DNA of 62,462 nucleotides, filler included, from Sphacelaria rigidula (GCA_964200075.2; 9 parts of 9 records of this genome joined end to end with filler, not necessarily neighbours in it), one strand, 5' to 3'; positions 12,134 through 24,879 are shown, counted from the whole stretch's first letter. The notes: a model not told the origin generated them from the sequence alone. Made by a program: numbers and translations.

Positions 12134-13548
12134 TATTACAGTAAACCACCGCAAGGCGATCACTGCGGACACCAAATTTGAAAAAAACGACTGAAAAAAA
12201 AATACATTTCCCACAGAAGATGACCCGCCCACAGACTTTATATTTCAAGATGCAGGCTTGTCAAGGTGCTTCGTGACAGACGTGAACCGACGAGCAGCCC
12301 CAACATATGAAAATCCGCACGTTAGGGGTGTGTTATTAAAAAAGAGACCTTCTTATCCAGACTTGTTCGGCTTTTTTTTTGAGAAATTTGAGTTTTTGAC
12401 GACTTCAGAAAAGGGAAGAAATCCTGGAAAAAAAAATCGGAGCTGTACCTTCCGAGTAACGTGCGGTCAGTCCTAGCTTCATCTATTGCTTGACCTATGG
12501 GTCAGAAACATGCTCTCCCATATTTCGATGCAGGTGGACATCGTCCGAAAACGTCCGAAATTTCGTCTGAAAAACAAATCCCGCCCCTCACTACAGGTAG
12601 CACACATACTTGCGGTGCTCCACTTGCTGTAGGTGTTCTTAAGAGGGGGGAAAAGCTTCGAGGAATCATGCTCATCGATAAGAAGATTTACAAGCTGATT
12701 TTACTTTTGTTTTCACCAGCGAGAAGAACATGAAAGCCAATTGTGGTCGCTTGTGATTCCACTTCCGGGTCTGATCGTCGCGTGCTGTCGCTAGTGTGAA
12801 GCTATACGGTGAATAACAGCAGCAAGCTAAAGCAAGAGCAGAGCAAGAGGGGGCAACGGCGTACGTAGGTTGTCGCAATGCATCCGCACAGATAGCATGC
12901 GGACATGGAAACATTAAGAGGGAGAAATGACGGAGACAGAGAGAGAGGGGGAGAGAGAGAGAGATAACTATTACCAGAAAGGAGACGACAAGCCGACTCG
13001 TGCCAACGATTCCGAGCCTGAAATGGATGGTATTCTATACAGTACAGTCGGTTAACCCGTTGACCGCGAACATAGGCCATGTGTTGAATCAGCATCGCTT
13101 TCACTTGAAAAATGCCCGCATGGCTAGGTGACCAGATGATCTCCGCTCGCAGTCATAGGGTCAACGAAAACTCTGCCGTTGACCTTGCGTTGACACACAA
13201 AAGACACTGCAGACCATATGTAATGTACTGTCTGTACATACAGCACATCAACAGAGTGGTCAGTAAGACGACTGTAGAGTCTTGACAATTTCGGAACATT
13301 TTGTTGCTATTGCGGCTCGCGAACAAGAACAACTGGTGCATGGGCATGAATGAGCTGCATTATAGCCCAGAGCACCGCCGCTATCCTACGCAATTACGAG
13401 CGAAGCGTGAATGTACGTTAGCGCCACACTTGGTACACATAGCTCGCACCTGCCCATGATTTCGAGGTTGTGAAATGCAACCGAACACGCAGCCCGAACA
13501 GTTTTGGTACACACAGTACTACACACGCGTGCCTGAATTTGAAAAAAA

Positions 13549-13805
13549 CGCGCGCAGAGAACGGCGTCCTACTGAGGAACAAAATTGCCATCCTTAAACG
13601 GTGGGCGAGATTTTTCCGCACCCTGCTCAACGCCAAATCGCTAACACTGAACCCAGCCATCGTCGAGGAGGTGAAGCAGCGACCGGCAGCGTCAACCACT
13701 GGGGATTCAGTACCGCTCGGGGCAGCACCAACACTGGAGGAAACTAGACGAGCAGTCCGGGGGATGCACAACTGGAAAGCGCCAGGACACGACTCCCTCC
13801 CGGTG
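13549..13805 (+). mobile_element. Non-LTR retrotransposon (LINE) ORF2 fragment, region just upstream of the RT domain
   Basis: ENGVLLRNKIAILKRWARFFRTLLN...PTLEETRRAVRGMHNWKAPGHDSLP matches the RW..F..LLN and KAPG.D motifs of LINE ORF2. It is cut by the contig end. Confidence 0.85.
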
Positions 13806-13905
13806 NNNNNNNNNNNNNNNNNNNNNNNNNNNNNNNNNNNNNNNNNNNNTTAATTAATTAANNNNNNNNNNNNNNNNNNNNNNNNNNNNNNNNNNNNNNN
13901 NNNNN
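13806..13905. other. Artificial contig linker
   Basis: 44N-TTAATTAATTAA-44N. Confidence 0.98.
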
Positions 13906-15028
13906 ACCCACATACACCGAAAGATGTAGCCTGGTGCCCAGAATAAATGGGACGACAACACACACACAACACATACCAGAGATTATAACGCTTGTTATCG
14001 AAAATACAAATTTGGTCAGAAATGAAAACTGTGGCCAACAGGAAACGTAAGGTTGTTCTGGAACGGTCTCAACGAGTAGAGCAAGCCATTCCAAGGTGTC
14101 ATCATCCGCATAGCCCTCTTTTCGGGCGTGAAACGACGGAGAAGGGCCCAAAATGCAGATTTCAAAATGATTCTCTTTTCCAAACCCATACTCGGAAGAA
14201 TTGGTCTCAGCTTGGCCCAGCTCGTGTAAACGCTGTCGAAATTATCACCAAATAATCGAATAGTGTTTTTTTTCTGTTGATCAACAACTCGAGTTGAGAA
14301 AAAGCCCGAATAAGGAATGGTCGGAGGGGGGGGGGGGGGGGGGGGTACTACTTGTGTGCGTTCGTTGTTCGTTTAAACATTGAAGAGGGCTCCTTTTTGG
14401 NNNNNNNNNNTGGGGTGAGAGGGGGGAAGTGGTGCTAAGAAAGAGAAGGAAAGAGGTAGGGGGGGGGGTAGCGGGGTGGTGAAGCTTAAAAAAAGTTCAC
14501 GTTCGATCATGATCTGGGTCAGGGAATCATTTTCAGGTGGAGACGATGCCGATTCAGCACACGACCATGGGGTCGAACGGTCAACATCATACTCGTGTAC
14601 TTGTACATGGAGGAAGGAGTCACGCACACGCCGTTTGACTTGGTTCAACTACATTCCAAATGGGGACGAGGCAGACTGACAAGTGCCTCAAATGATGAGT
14701 AATGAACAATCAATCAGGTTTCATCTCCGGTGTTTCACCGTCAACACTGGGCTTCATTGCTTCGGGGGCAAGTAATAGACTCCCAAGCAAGGGCGTCTTT
14801 ACTCAAATCAGCGCCGCACCGTCCGTGTCCCTGCTAGAGCTTCACCAACTCACACACGCTTGTGTCATCCCCGGGATCATGCCTGTAGGGTTTGGCAGTT
14901 GAGAAGTGTATCCGCCCACTGACTATTTGGGGACGAGGTTGCAGCTGGCGAAATTCCAACAGTGGAGTTTCCCCCAACCAGGCGAGGAATACCTATAATT
15001 GAAATACTTGGTTTGAGACGACGCGGAC

Positions 15029-16146
15029 CTATTTGCAGGTGGGGTAAGCAAACAAGAGCGATCAGGTCACGAACGCCTCCAGAGCCAAATCCGCAAGAAA
15101 CCCAATTTCAGATCCTGAACACACGAAAACAACAATCGTATTCCACAGCAGCTCACAGCAGGGCAGTAGCACCGGACAGATTTTTCTTGTCGTAGGGGAG
15201 AATGTACCGCAAACGTAGGCGGCGATGAGAGTTAGTTCTCTGCTCGACATTACCGGGGATTACTAAGTGAATTGTTTTTTCTTGAAGCACCTCTTTCACC
15301 CAATTTCTCAAAAAAACAAAAGAAAGTTGATGCTGCGGCGTCACGGACATAATGCCATCAGCTCAGTGTTCAAACGCGATCCTGTCAATGTTTGTGTGCG
15401 ATTACGTAGCCATAACTGTTGTCCACACCCGCCGCAGTCTATGCGCGGGAAAACAGTGTATCCGGGCAGATGGTATGTTGATGGATACTGCGGCACTCTG
15501 AATACTGTACGATATACGGCCGTATACCCGCAAGGAGGGGAGTCGACTTATTAAATCACACCATCATTGAACTACTAGTGACAACGTTGTCTGCTGTCTG
15601 CTGCTGTGCGGACTCAACATTCCGTACAGCGGAAAACAGTCAACAACAGCAGTACAGTGGTACTATACTATCTGTACAGGGCTTGTAGTGCTCTGTACAG
15701 TTGACAAGTAGTACGATACAGGGACTCTCCCGCTACTCCTGCTGCCGCCTCGAAAGCCTGCACAGACAGTGTACAGACAGCGTGGTGTCTTGTACACAGC
15801 AGTGCAACACGCGGTATTCTCGATAGCAAGCAGCTGATACGTATACGATGGTGTGTCCAGAGCATCCATTCAATCAAGCATGTGGGGTGCTTGGGTTGAC
15901 CAAGAACACAATACGACTGTTGGCTCCCCAATATCGAGTAGAGAGCTCATCGCCGCCGACGAATGTAGTCTCCTGCCCTACGACAAGATCCTTCCTTGCC
16001 TGCTCTGCTGTGGGCTGCTGTGGAATGCGACTGACCGTTGTTTCGTGTGTACAGCATTCCCATGTGTGATTGGGTATATAGTGGATTTGGTTCTGGAGGC
16101 GTTCGCGACCTGCCCACTCGAATTTGCATACTTCACCTGCAAATAG
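15029..16146. repeat. Diverged inverted repeat pair (arms about 15029-15259 and 15924-16146)
   Basis: Shared blocks in opposite orientation: CTATTTGCAGGTG, GAACGCCTCCAGA.CCAAATCC, TTCCACAGCAGC.CACAGCAG, TCTTGTCGTAGGG and GGCGGCGATGAG. Confidence 0.75.
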
Positions 16147-16579
16147 ATTGTCATGTTTGAACTTTTAGAGTGAACGATCATATCCGGGTCTTTGCAGGGG
16201 CCACTGCAGTCGAAGGGCTCGCCCAAGAGTGACCAGTGTGCATTTTGACCCAAATCATGTGCCAGCAGGAGACAGGCAGTACTGCAGTAGTGCGGTGCAC
16301 TTCAACACAGATAAATAACGCACAAGTGCTGCAAAAGTACTGAAGTAGGATTCCCTTGAAGCTACACGTGTGCTGCACACCGTTACCAACCGTCTGCACT
16401 GTGCTGTACTGACTGATGTATGTACTACACTGCAGGTATGTACTGCACTGCCGGTACTGTCTTTAGGGTCGCTCTCACTGGTGGACATCGAACAATTTGA
16501 ATGTGGAATTGAATCCCAACCCATCTTCTTGCCGTCACTGATCTATCCATCTGTGCCGCCTGCACACAGATAAACTCAC

Positions 16580-18888
16580 CTGCAAGTGCTCAAAGTCCAC
16601 TATACGATCCGCTCGATCTTCATCTGCGGCTCGGGGGAACGCCAGCGCCGACTCAAAAACACGATCGCCTTTGACAGCGGCCACCAATCTGTCATTCAGG
16701 TCCCGAAACACTGCAGCATCGTGCTGTTGTGTTGTTACAATTGTGATACCAAGCAGAGCGCGAGCAAAGATACGTGGTTTGTTTCAGAAAAATCTCCGAA
16801 CAAAATGGCCTGTTGCACGATCGTGAGTGACTATTATATGGCCATGACGACGCATGAGTCTACTGTCGCTGTTACATGTGAAAGTGTGCGATACGTGGGT
16901 GCTGCACAGAGCGTTTGGTCATGCTGCTCACATTGCCGCCAACAACTGTACTGTGCTAACATGAACAGTAGATTTACACTAGTAGATAGAAGTGTTGTAG
17001 TACGCGTTTTCCCCGAGTAGTGGAGCTGTGAAGGAAAAGGCGACCGATGTCTGTCAGCCCGCTACAGATTGTGCATGAACGGCTGACTGACTGTACTTTG
17101 AACTGTTTTTGTTACATCAACCAAGCATCAACATAAGAAGAGTCATCTCCAACTCGAGGTTCCTGGTCTGTTTTAACCGTAAATTACTGTGAAGCCTACC
17201 GGGAACCTCGAGCTTGAGATGACTTTAGGAAGGAGAAGGCACCTCTGATGGGGCAGACGTGCAAAGTCTACTTCAAACTGGTACATGGGTCGCCTTCACT
17301 TACGCGGCGACAGGTAGTCCGTCTTCCGTGCCTTGGAAACCTTCAGGCATTGGAAATATCGCTCTCATACTGGACAAACAAGGGAGATAACCTTGCGCTG
17401 GCTCGCGCGCGTGTGTAACCAAAACCAACACAGAAGTACGCTATCACACACGGGGACAAAGCTTGGCTCCACGGCAAAATGTATTCTCTATTTTGCGTGC
17501 GCATGCAATTTGTTCGTGTTGCTGTTTGACGAACGACAATTTGAGATTCCAAGTGCTGTAATGGAAAACCAGAAGATCCAAAAATACGCGACTTGTACCG
17601 TACTGCATCGAATGCACTACTGACTGTACTACTGCACCGTACGTTGTCCATACATTAGAGGCACAGCTGTGCTGTAGGCGTTTCGTTCAGCAGTAATATA
17701 TTCAATCAACAAAACGACTGACGCAGTGCAGTATTGCAGCAAAACAATCAGCGTAATATCTCTTGCCACAAAAGAAGCGACGTGCCACGGCCATGCCAGG
17801 CAAAGGTGTCGAATTGTACTGACAACGAGGAGAACAATTACGTTTAAGAAAGCGGAAACCTAGCAAAACACCCTCCTTCGAAGACTAGCGTTACTGCTCG
17901 TCTCCTCCCATCTTGCGCGATTCTCCCGTTATAGGATGAGTGGCAGGGACGAATTAGTGATGCGAATCAGGGTTTGAGTGCCCGTCTCGCGGGCAGGGGG
18001 TTAATGCACTTATGGTAAAGCTTGCGTGAGGAGCTTGTGAATCATGCACAATCATACAACGAGTTTGGTGCTAAACTGAAGTTTGGGGCAACGAACAGAA
18101 AACCGTAATCGACAAATGAAATATGCTTACTGGAGTTCAAACTTTAAACCACGGTACAGTCTCGTGGAGTGTCAACGAAAGTTGTTTCTACAAGCCGAAG
18201 GGTAAGAATCATATATGGTACCATAATGGTGCATACTTGCACGACTACATTAATCGATGGGGATTGACATGGAGCAGGAAGATGTACAGGGTGCCCAATG
18301 CGATATAGCGTACAAGCGCTGCAGGACAGTTGCAACAAAAAGGGGTCGAATAACTACCTCATGGGGTAGGAAGCCGATGAAGTTACGATACAACTAATTT
18401 AGAAGCGCGAGAAAGCTACTGTCAGTACATGTGTGAAGGTGTGTGTTGAAAAAAAGACGGTCAACCAACATGGGTGACCGCCTGCCCTATGCAAAAACCA
18501 CACTTTGCACATACAAAAAATACAAGGATCCTTCCCCCCAGCATCCCACGCCCCGCACCGTCCCGACTGCCTCTGACCCCGCCCATCTCCCCACACTCAC
18601 CTTCCTTCGAATTTGGTTCCACCAGTCGGGGTGCGTAAATTCCAATAGCACCTCGAGGCAATGCGATACCTCTTCGAGTAGATTGTGAATAAACTCTGGG
18701 GGTACCTCGCCATGAGTCTGGACCTTCGCCTGCAGCTGCCACAGGGGCTGCTTGAGGCACGACAGCCGCTCCCCGAGTCTCGCGCTTTGTCGCTCGTTGC
18801 CCAGCACTCTCCTCGACAGCGACTGTCCATCTGTCACAAGCAGCAGCAGCCTGTCCACTGGCCCCAGGCCATCCTCGTGGTCCGCCAT
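16580..18888 (-). CDS. MLKL-like N-terminal four-helix bundle plus brace; exons 18888-18601 and 16723-16580, 3' part unresolved
   Basis: Exon 1 (288 nt, donor AAG|gtgagt): MADHEDGLGPVDRLLLLVTDGQSLSRRVLGNERQSARLGERLSCLKQPLWQLQAKVQ...LEVLLEFTHPDWWNQIRRK. Exon 2 (144 nt, acaacag|...CAG|gtgagt): HDAAVFRDLNDRLVAAVKG...AADEDRADRIVDFEHLQ. Both junctions are phase 0. The motifs Q..RLG.R...L..PL..LQ, F.D.N..L and ED..D...D match MLKL 4HB and brace by eye. Confidence 0.72.
17141..17224. mobile_element. Mini hairpin MITE (about 85 bp)
   Basis: TIR AGTCATCTCCAACTCGAGGTTCC / GGAACCTCGAGCTTGAGATGACT. A second family member lies at 32541-32617. Confidence 0.65.
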
Positions 18889-20757
18889 CACCGCTGTGAA
18901 ATGTGGTCCTGGCTTGCCCGACCGCCCTCCGCTCCGTGGTTATTCCGCCAAAATTATTCAATATCTTCTTCTGATAGTGCCGGCCACCGAAATGGCCACC
19001 TTTTGGTTAGGGTATTATTACCGGACCAACCTATTGGTTGTTGGCCCCAGCCGCACCAACGGCTCTGGGGCGAACTTTTGTACTTGATGTTCTTGCTATA
19101 ACCCCGTCTTACTTAGAACGCCCCCTGATGATAATGAATGCAGAGTTCGTCTGGTATTGCGCACAATTACAGTATCGTACACCTGTACTGTTGTGGAGAA
19201 AACTTTGCACTGACTAGTGTACTGTCTGTAGTGGTAGTTTCGCAGCTGTTGAACAGATAGTACAGTAGTAGAAGCAGATCTTGAAATCCGGACGTTTTGT
19301 GGCCTATCTACGTGAAATCATTATCCAACTTTCGCCGTGTCTTCTATCGTCGTTTTTTTCTTCTCCCCGGCTCATGTCGAGCATACCAATATCTATATCT
19401 ATATGTATTTTACTCTTCCCTTTCGCATGCAGGAGGGGAATGTTAGATTTCTATATAATGTAAGACTCTGAAATACATGATTACCGACAAACGCGTGCTT
19501 GCCTTACGAGATATTCTTGGAATGAGATATTTTCTCATTATGTTGGTTGCGGGTCTGAAAGAATAGACAATTACAACAACATGACAGGAGGGTAGGTATA
19601 CCATTGGTAGAACCAGCACAGGAACGAGTGCACTCTTGCTTTTGCGGCAATCTTCTCTTCCTGCATCTGCTGAAGTGAGTTACTGCACGGCTGAAGCTCT
19701 ACTTTTACGCTTCAATCTTGCAGAAGCTGTCGGCGTGTCGCCTGCAACAACACAGCTCAGCCACGGATATGAGTAGTATAGGCGGAGGAAGGCGCAGGAG
19801 CTGCGCTCCGAGCTCGGCATCAAGGAAAATGCCCACGCGAGATCACAGATATCCCTCTCGCACCGATCGTGAGTGACATGGTTGCTACTGTTGATTATGG
19901 TGGTGTGTGCTGATCGAGAGTGTAACCAGGAGTCTGTTTGAAGCACTCTTGAGTTTCAATCGGCAAAAAAATCATTTTAAACCAGTCTGTATAGATGGCC
20001 GTTTGGGTATTTCTCGCTGCATGTGTTGGGATGCTCCGTGGACCGCCTACAAACAGATCAAGATTTGTACAACAGTACAGTAGTACGCTAGAATGCGACG
20101 TGCCTTCAGCAGCAGTGCCGGCATATGCTGCAAACAGTCCCGACAAAACGTACAGTACACCTCCCGGGGTAGGAATGGTGGTGCTAGGAGCGGATGCTGG
20201 CTCTACATTCATTACGGCGGCCTGACGAATCTGCCTCCATTCTGGGATGCACATTGCTTATGTGTCGATTGTTGCGCGTGTCTTCGTTTTTTTCGCATCA
20301 CACTCGCCACACTAGGTATGATTGTCCTGCGTACAGTGCTGTTTTGGCGGGTCTGTTTATGGTTGTACTCGTATAACGCACACAGCGAGGTGAAGCACAA
20401 CGAAGTAAAGTATCACCGCACGTTGTACACTAACCGCTGCGCAACACCCTCACGGTGGTACAATACGTTTTGGGCCATGTTTGGGGCTATGTTAACCCTT
20501 TTGGGACTGGACTCCCAGGAACACGGTGTTTGCGCGCAGCGGCCATTTTGTGAATCGTCATTATTTCCATTCGTTTTCAAGTGAAAATGATGCCGATTCA
20601 CAAAAAAAGGCGGCTGTGCCAGAGGGTGTCGAGAAAAAATCCTGGACCCATACTCACATTTCTTCATTTGGGGCCGATTGGGGGGGGGGGGGGGGGGGAA
20701 TTGCCGTTTGTAAAAAAAATCTAAAACAATAGCAACCACATACAAAATAAATTATAC

Positions 20758-20857
20758 NNNNNNNNNNNNNNNNNNNNNNNNNNNNNNNNNNNNNNNNNNN
20801 NTTAATTAATTAANNNNNNNNNNNNNNNNNNNNNNNNNNNNNNNNNNNNNNNNNNNN
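20758..20857. other. Artificial contig linker
   Basis: 44N-TTAATTAATTAA-44N. Confidence 0.98.
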
Positions 20858-21492
20858 GTGTCGTTGGGTGTTGGGTTGTGGTTGGGTGGTTGGGTGTGTG
20901 GGGCTTGTTTTTCGCGGGACCACTCTGAATACTGGCTGTGTTTTTTTTTTTTTTATGATTTCGGCAATCATCCTTGTCCCCCACAGCCTTGTTCATAGTA
21001 TGAACGCTTTTTCACATGCACTTGTACACAGTTACTTGAAGCAATGCGGGTGCTTCTTCTCTCACTGCAGAATCAGCCGGGGGGCATCAACGGTACGATA
21101 CTGTATTCGAATATATGTACGGTGGTACAGCACACAACAACAGTAGATCGTTATAATAAGCGCGGGCAGATGTGTGTGCCGGCTGTCGGGCGCAACTCTA
21201 CTGGAAAAGTGAAACGTGACAACAGCACCTGAGGGGGCGATGAGTTCCGGCCAGAAAATGATTCTTTCTTTCTCAATTTTCGATTGAACACTGCAAGAGA
21301 ATATGCGCGTCTCTGCCGCCTTTTGAGTTCATATAAACGCATCGAGTATTGATCTCCAAATTCTCAAACCGCAGCACCATCCACCACTCTCAGATTGTAG
21401 AACTCTCCAACGCAACGAGCTACTACTGTACTGTAAACGAAGCCAACGCCACGTCAGCCACCACGCTCAACCGGGAACGCTGCCATAGAGCC

Positions 21493-22038
21493 ATGAGCAG
21501 TAGTACGCAACTGAGCACGGTCCCTCTAGCGGAGATCGACACAACGAAAATGCCACCAACCAGAAATCTTGAGGTCTCTACCTCGGAACCCGTTCCTGAA
21601 GATACCTCGTTGGGCACGACTGACCTGCCAAGCGCGAACTCTACAGTACCCATGTCCCCGACCGCTCATGCACAAGATCGACAAGTAGGCAATGCTCCAT
21701 CACCCGGCACGTCGGGAGTACCATCAGACACGTCGAAGGATGCCGAGGAGCGGGCGGCAGCTAGTGCAAAGGCGAAGCACCAGGCAAAGCTGGAGAAATT
21801 GACGTCCGAGCGAAATGATATCTTGGACGACTGGGCCGACCCAAAACTTTTGGGGCTAACGAATGACGAAGTCAAGATCAATTTCTTCCTCAGATCCAAC
21901 TTGCGGTATCTGTTTGGACAGACTGGTTTTGATCCGCCTGTGCCCGCGCGGAATCCGGTGAGCGTGTCTATGCACAATCCCAGGTTTGCCGCATCGCTGT
22001 GGGCGTTAAACACGGAGGCGTACAGACGCAAGGGAGTG
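21493..22038 (+). CDS. Hypothetical protein, large probable first exon
   Basis: 182 open codons from ATG 21493: an S/T/P-rich N-terminus, a helical stretch (EERAAASAKAKHQAKLEKL) and a globular-looking tail. Ends at the strong donor GTG|gtgagt. No family recognised. Confidence 0.55.
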
Positions 22039-22654
22039 GTGAGTAAATGTCACTGTATCGTAGACAAAAAATGAATCGAGGTAGCTGCTGGAGTAACATT
22101 TTGCCCTGGACACGTTTTTCCTTCATGTGTTGGAGCCACCCTGTTCTCATCTTCGCCAAAGGTCAGACGAGGATTTCACCTATTCAAACATACGTGAGGC
22201 TCTCTTGTATACCAGCTTATTTCGTGGTCATGGACGACATGTGTGCGCGCGTACATGTTCTGCCCCATCCTCGTGGACCTTGAACCTCAAGTCCACTGCA
22301 TGTTTCTAAACTTCCTCGTCAATCCTCTGAAGTATCAAGTTTTGCCCGAAATGCAGTAGACTGGCCCGATTTCGGGCACGTCATTTCCGAAAGCTGTTGA
22401 AGTCCCTTCATCGACCACAAACAACGTGCCTTGCGCTGCTCTGTGCTCGCCCAGAATGAATCATCCCCCCCCCTGCCCCGCCCGCCCACCTTGCCTTGGT
22501 CAATCAAATGAGTTATCATCAGTTGTCTCTCCGAGCATCAGTCAGTTTTACATCAAGGTCGCCCGTTGCTTCTTGAAAACTAGCATTATGCCGCTTCTTT
22601 TGCCACTTTGTTCTCGTCCTGTCGGGGTTCGTTCGACAAGTTGGCCTTTTTTTG

Positions 22655-22735
22655 TCTCGAGAGCCAACAAGTTGTCCTTTTTCGTCTGGAGAGCCAACAA
22701 GTTGTCCTTTTTCGTCTGGAGAGTCAACAAGTTAC
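22655..22735. repeat. 30-bp tandem repeat, about 3 copies
   Basis: GAGAGCCAACAAGTTGTCCTTTTTCGTCTG repeated. Confidence 0.9.
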
Positions 22736-23872
22736 TCAACAGACTCTATGTGACAGTGTTACATTACCACAACTTATACACTAGTAATGTACCGTACGAA
22801 CGGGAATGTATCTACCTGGGAGAGCTACTAGATACAACATCAGCGGCGAGAATTGTTGATTTCTGCAATGTTGTCCCCCGTGACGTATTCACAGAGAGAT
22901 GAGGTATCTCGAACTCGTCGAAAAACAGGGACTGGGAGCTTGAGATACTTCTGTACTTCTCGTGGGTCAAGAGGATGGATGATTTTTTGTGTACAAGAAT
23001 TTCATTCTTCCTAATTCGATACTTACACATCCATCCAGAGATAATCATTCTGCGGATGATCCTACTATCACACTCGTACGTCAGACATTGTGACAAACGG
23101 ACATTTCGGGGATTTATTCCAGTCCCGTTTCATCTTGTCCTGTCAGCCCTCTCGAGATGCTGAAACCAAGTAGTTTTCGACCATGACTCTCCGCAGGTTG
23201 GAGGGGACGACAAGGCATGATCCCAACTCCCATACGAGTACTCGTTCGTGAAGAGAGAGTCGGTGTCATATAGTCAGTACAGCCAGTGAAGTCTTTTGCC
23301 TGAGTTCAGTTGAAGTGTAATGAAGTATGTGGTATGAGGAGATTTGGTCGTGGTGTATTCATGTATTATTTTTGACAGATGACAACATGACTCAATTTTA
23401 GTCTCGAGAAAGTTCCGAGTTCTGAGGAAATTTATGGTCTGGGGCAGGTGAGCAGTGGATCCAGCTCGTTCTGAGCCTGTTATTGTTGAAATCGGTACCT
23501 GCGGCGTCGATCTCAGGTCTTCCAATGCACTCTTCGGCTAGAGGAATCTATGCACCCCCCTTGCCCGACGGTCTCGTACGCCTTGGGTCGGGGTCAGGGT
23601 TAGGGTTAGCGTAATTGTTTAATTATTCGAAAAAATCAACTATCGATATGCGACCCTTGAGGTTGGCTCATGAGAAGGCTGAAGGCTGTAAGCGCCGATA
23701 AAACTCTTCACTTACGAAATTATTGTCTTGACTCATCACGTAGGGTGAAGCGATGGTATGGCAGCATCCTCAGCTCATGTGTTCCCAATGCACCATGGAC
23801 TGATTTTATGTTGTTGCCTCGGAAGGAGGAACATAACCTTTCACGTACCGTAAACCTCTTACTACAGTACAG

Positions 23873-24004
23873 TCAGTGCCGTTGGTGGTGGTGTGTCGCC
23901 ACTTGAACTCAGATGATATGCGTTACCATCGGGCTGACGAGGTATTGTTCGCTGTTGGCAAGTTGTGGGACATATCATTCACACCTTTTCTCGCCATCGA
24001 TCAA
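23873..24004 (+). CDS. Candidate internal exon, possibly of the 21493 gene
   Basis: tacag|SVPLVVVCRHLNSDDMRYHRADEVLFAVGKLWDISFTPFLAIDQ|gtgcgt; 132 nt, phase 0-0. Confidence 0.35.
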
Positions 24005-24705
24005 GTGCGTATTCTGCATGTCTCGACGCATGTGTTGGTGTCGTCGGTGATACCGGGTCGCTGCGCAGGAAAAGCTGCGCATATTGAGTGGGGGTCATTT
24101 GGGTAATCGGCATCATTTATTTCACTTGTGAAATGTGCTGATACAAAGCCACAGATGACCCGCTCTGGCGGTCAAGATGTGTACGAGGGGATTACTGATA
24201 ATGCAGGGATAGTCCCCCCCCCCCCTCCCCCCTCCCCCAAAAAATAAAAAAACGTGTCACGAAGGTGCATGGCCATACAGCGAATGATGGCTGGATTCAG
24301 ACTGCACGGAGCGCCTCATATGTGTCACATTTACGAAAACGGTCCCAAGCGTGAGAGTACCCGGCTGCTCGGTGTGCTCTGCTCGTCATTTTGATTCGCA
24401 TGTAGATTTTGCCGCGTCGAACCAGCCACTTTTCTGGGGCGGCTATCGCGGCACCAATAATCGTGTAACCCACTTTGTAACACGTCGCAAACACAGCCCA
24501 GGAAGTTGGGATGTTCACAGCCAAGGTGTGTCTCAGCACATTTTTTTAGTCGAGAAAGTGCCGTGGAAAAAAAAATATCGAGCCGATGTGTTGATCGCAT
24601 TTCTGTTCCTAGCTGGCTTCAATTATTTTTCATTATTAGTGGCGGGCGGACAGGAGGGAAAATATGCCCGAATAAAATGAAAAAATAGCGGAACGCTCAC
24701 ACTAA

Positions 24706-24876
24706 GGCCAACTCTTATGGGAGCGTTTAGAATTTTATTTTGCAATAACTTTGAACGACTTTTTTTTTTCTTTGCCGTAGTTGTGTAATTTGTGCCCGTT
24801 CACCATGATGAAGAAAAAAAGACACCTATGAAATTGTTGCAAAATAAAATTTCAAACGCTCCCGTAAGAGTTGGCC
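24706..24876. mobile_element. PIF/Harbinger (Tourist-like) MITE
   Basis: TIR GGCCAACTCTTA(T/C)GGGAGCGTTT...ATTTTATTTTGCAA with a 3-bp TSD TAA (24703-24705 and 24877-24879). Confidence 0.85.
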
Positions 24877-24879
24877 TAA

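Noticed and set aside
17304-17367. Exon-like segment inside the MLKL-like intron (tgtccag...GC|gtaagt)
   Set aside because: In phase 0 it reads into a stop (YESDISNA*), and its open frame is incompatible with the flanking phase-0 junctions. Skipping it preserves the 4HB alignment.
23587-23610. GGGTTAGGGTTAG as a telomere
   Set aside because: Only about 2-3 units, internal to the contig and part of a dispersed repeat.
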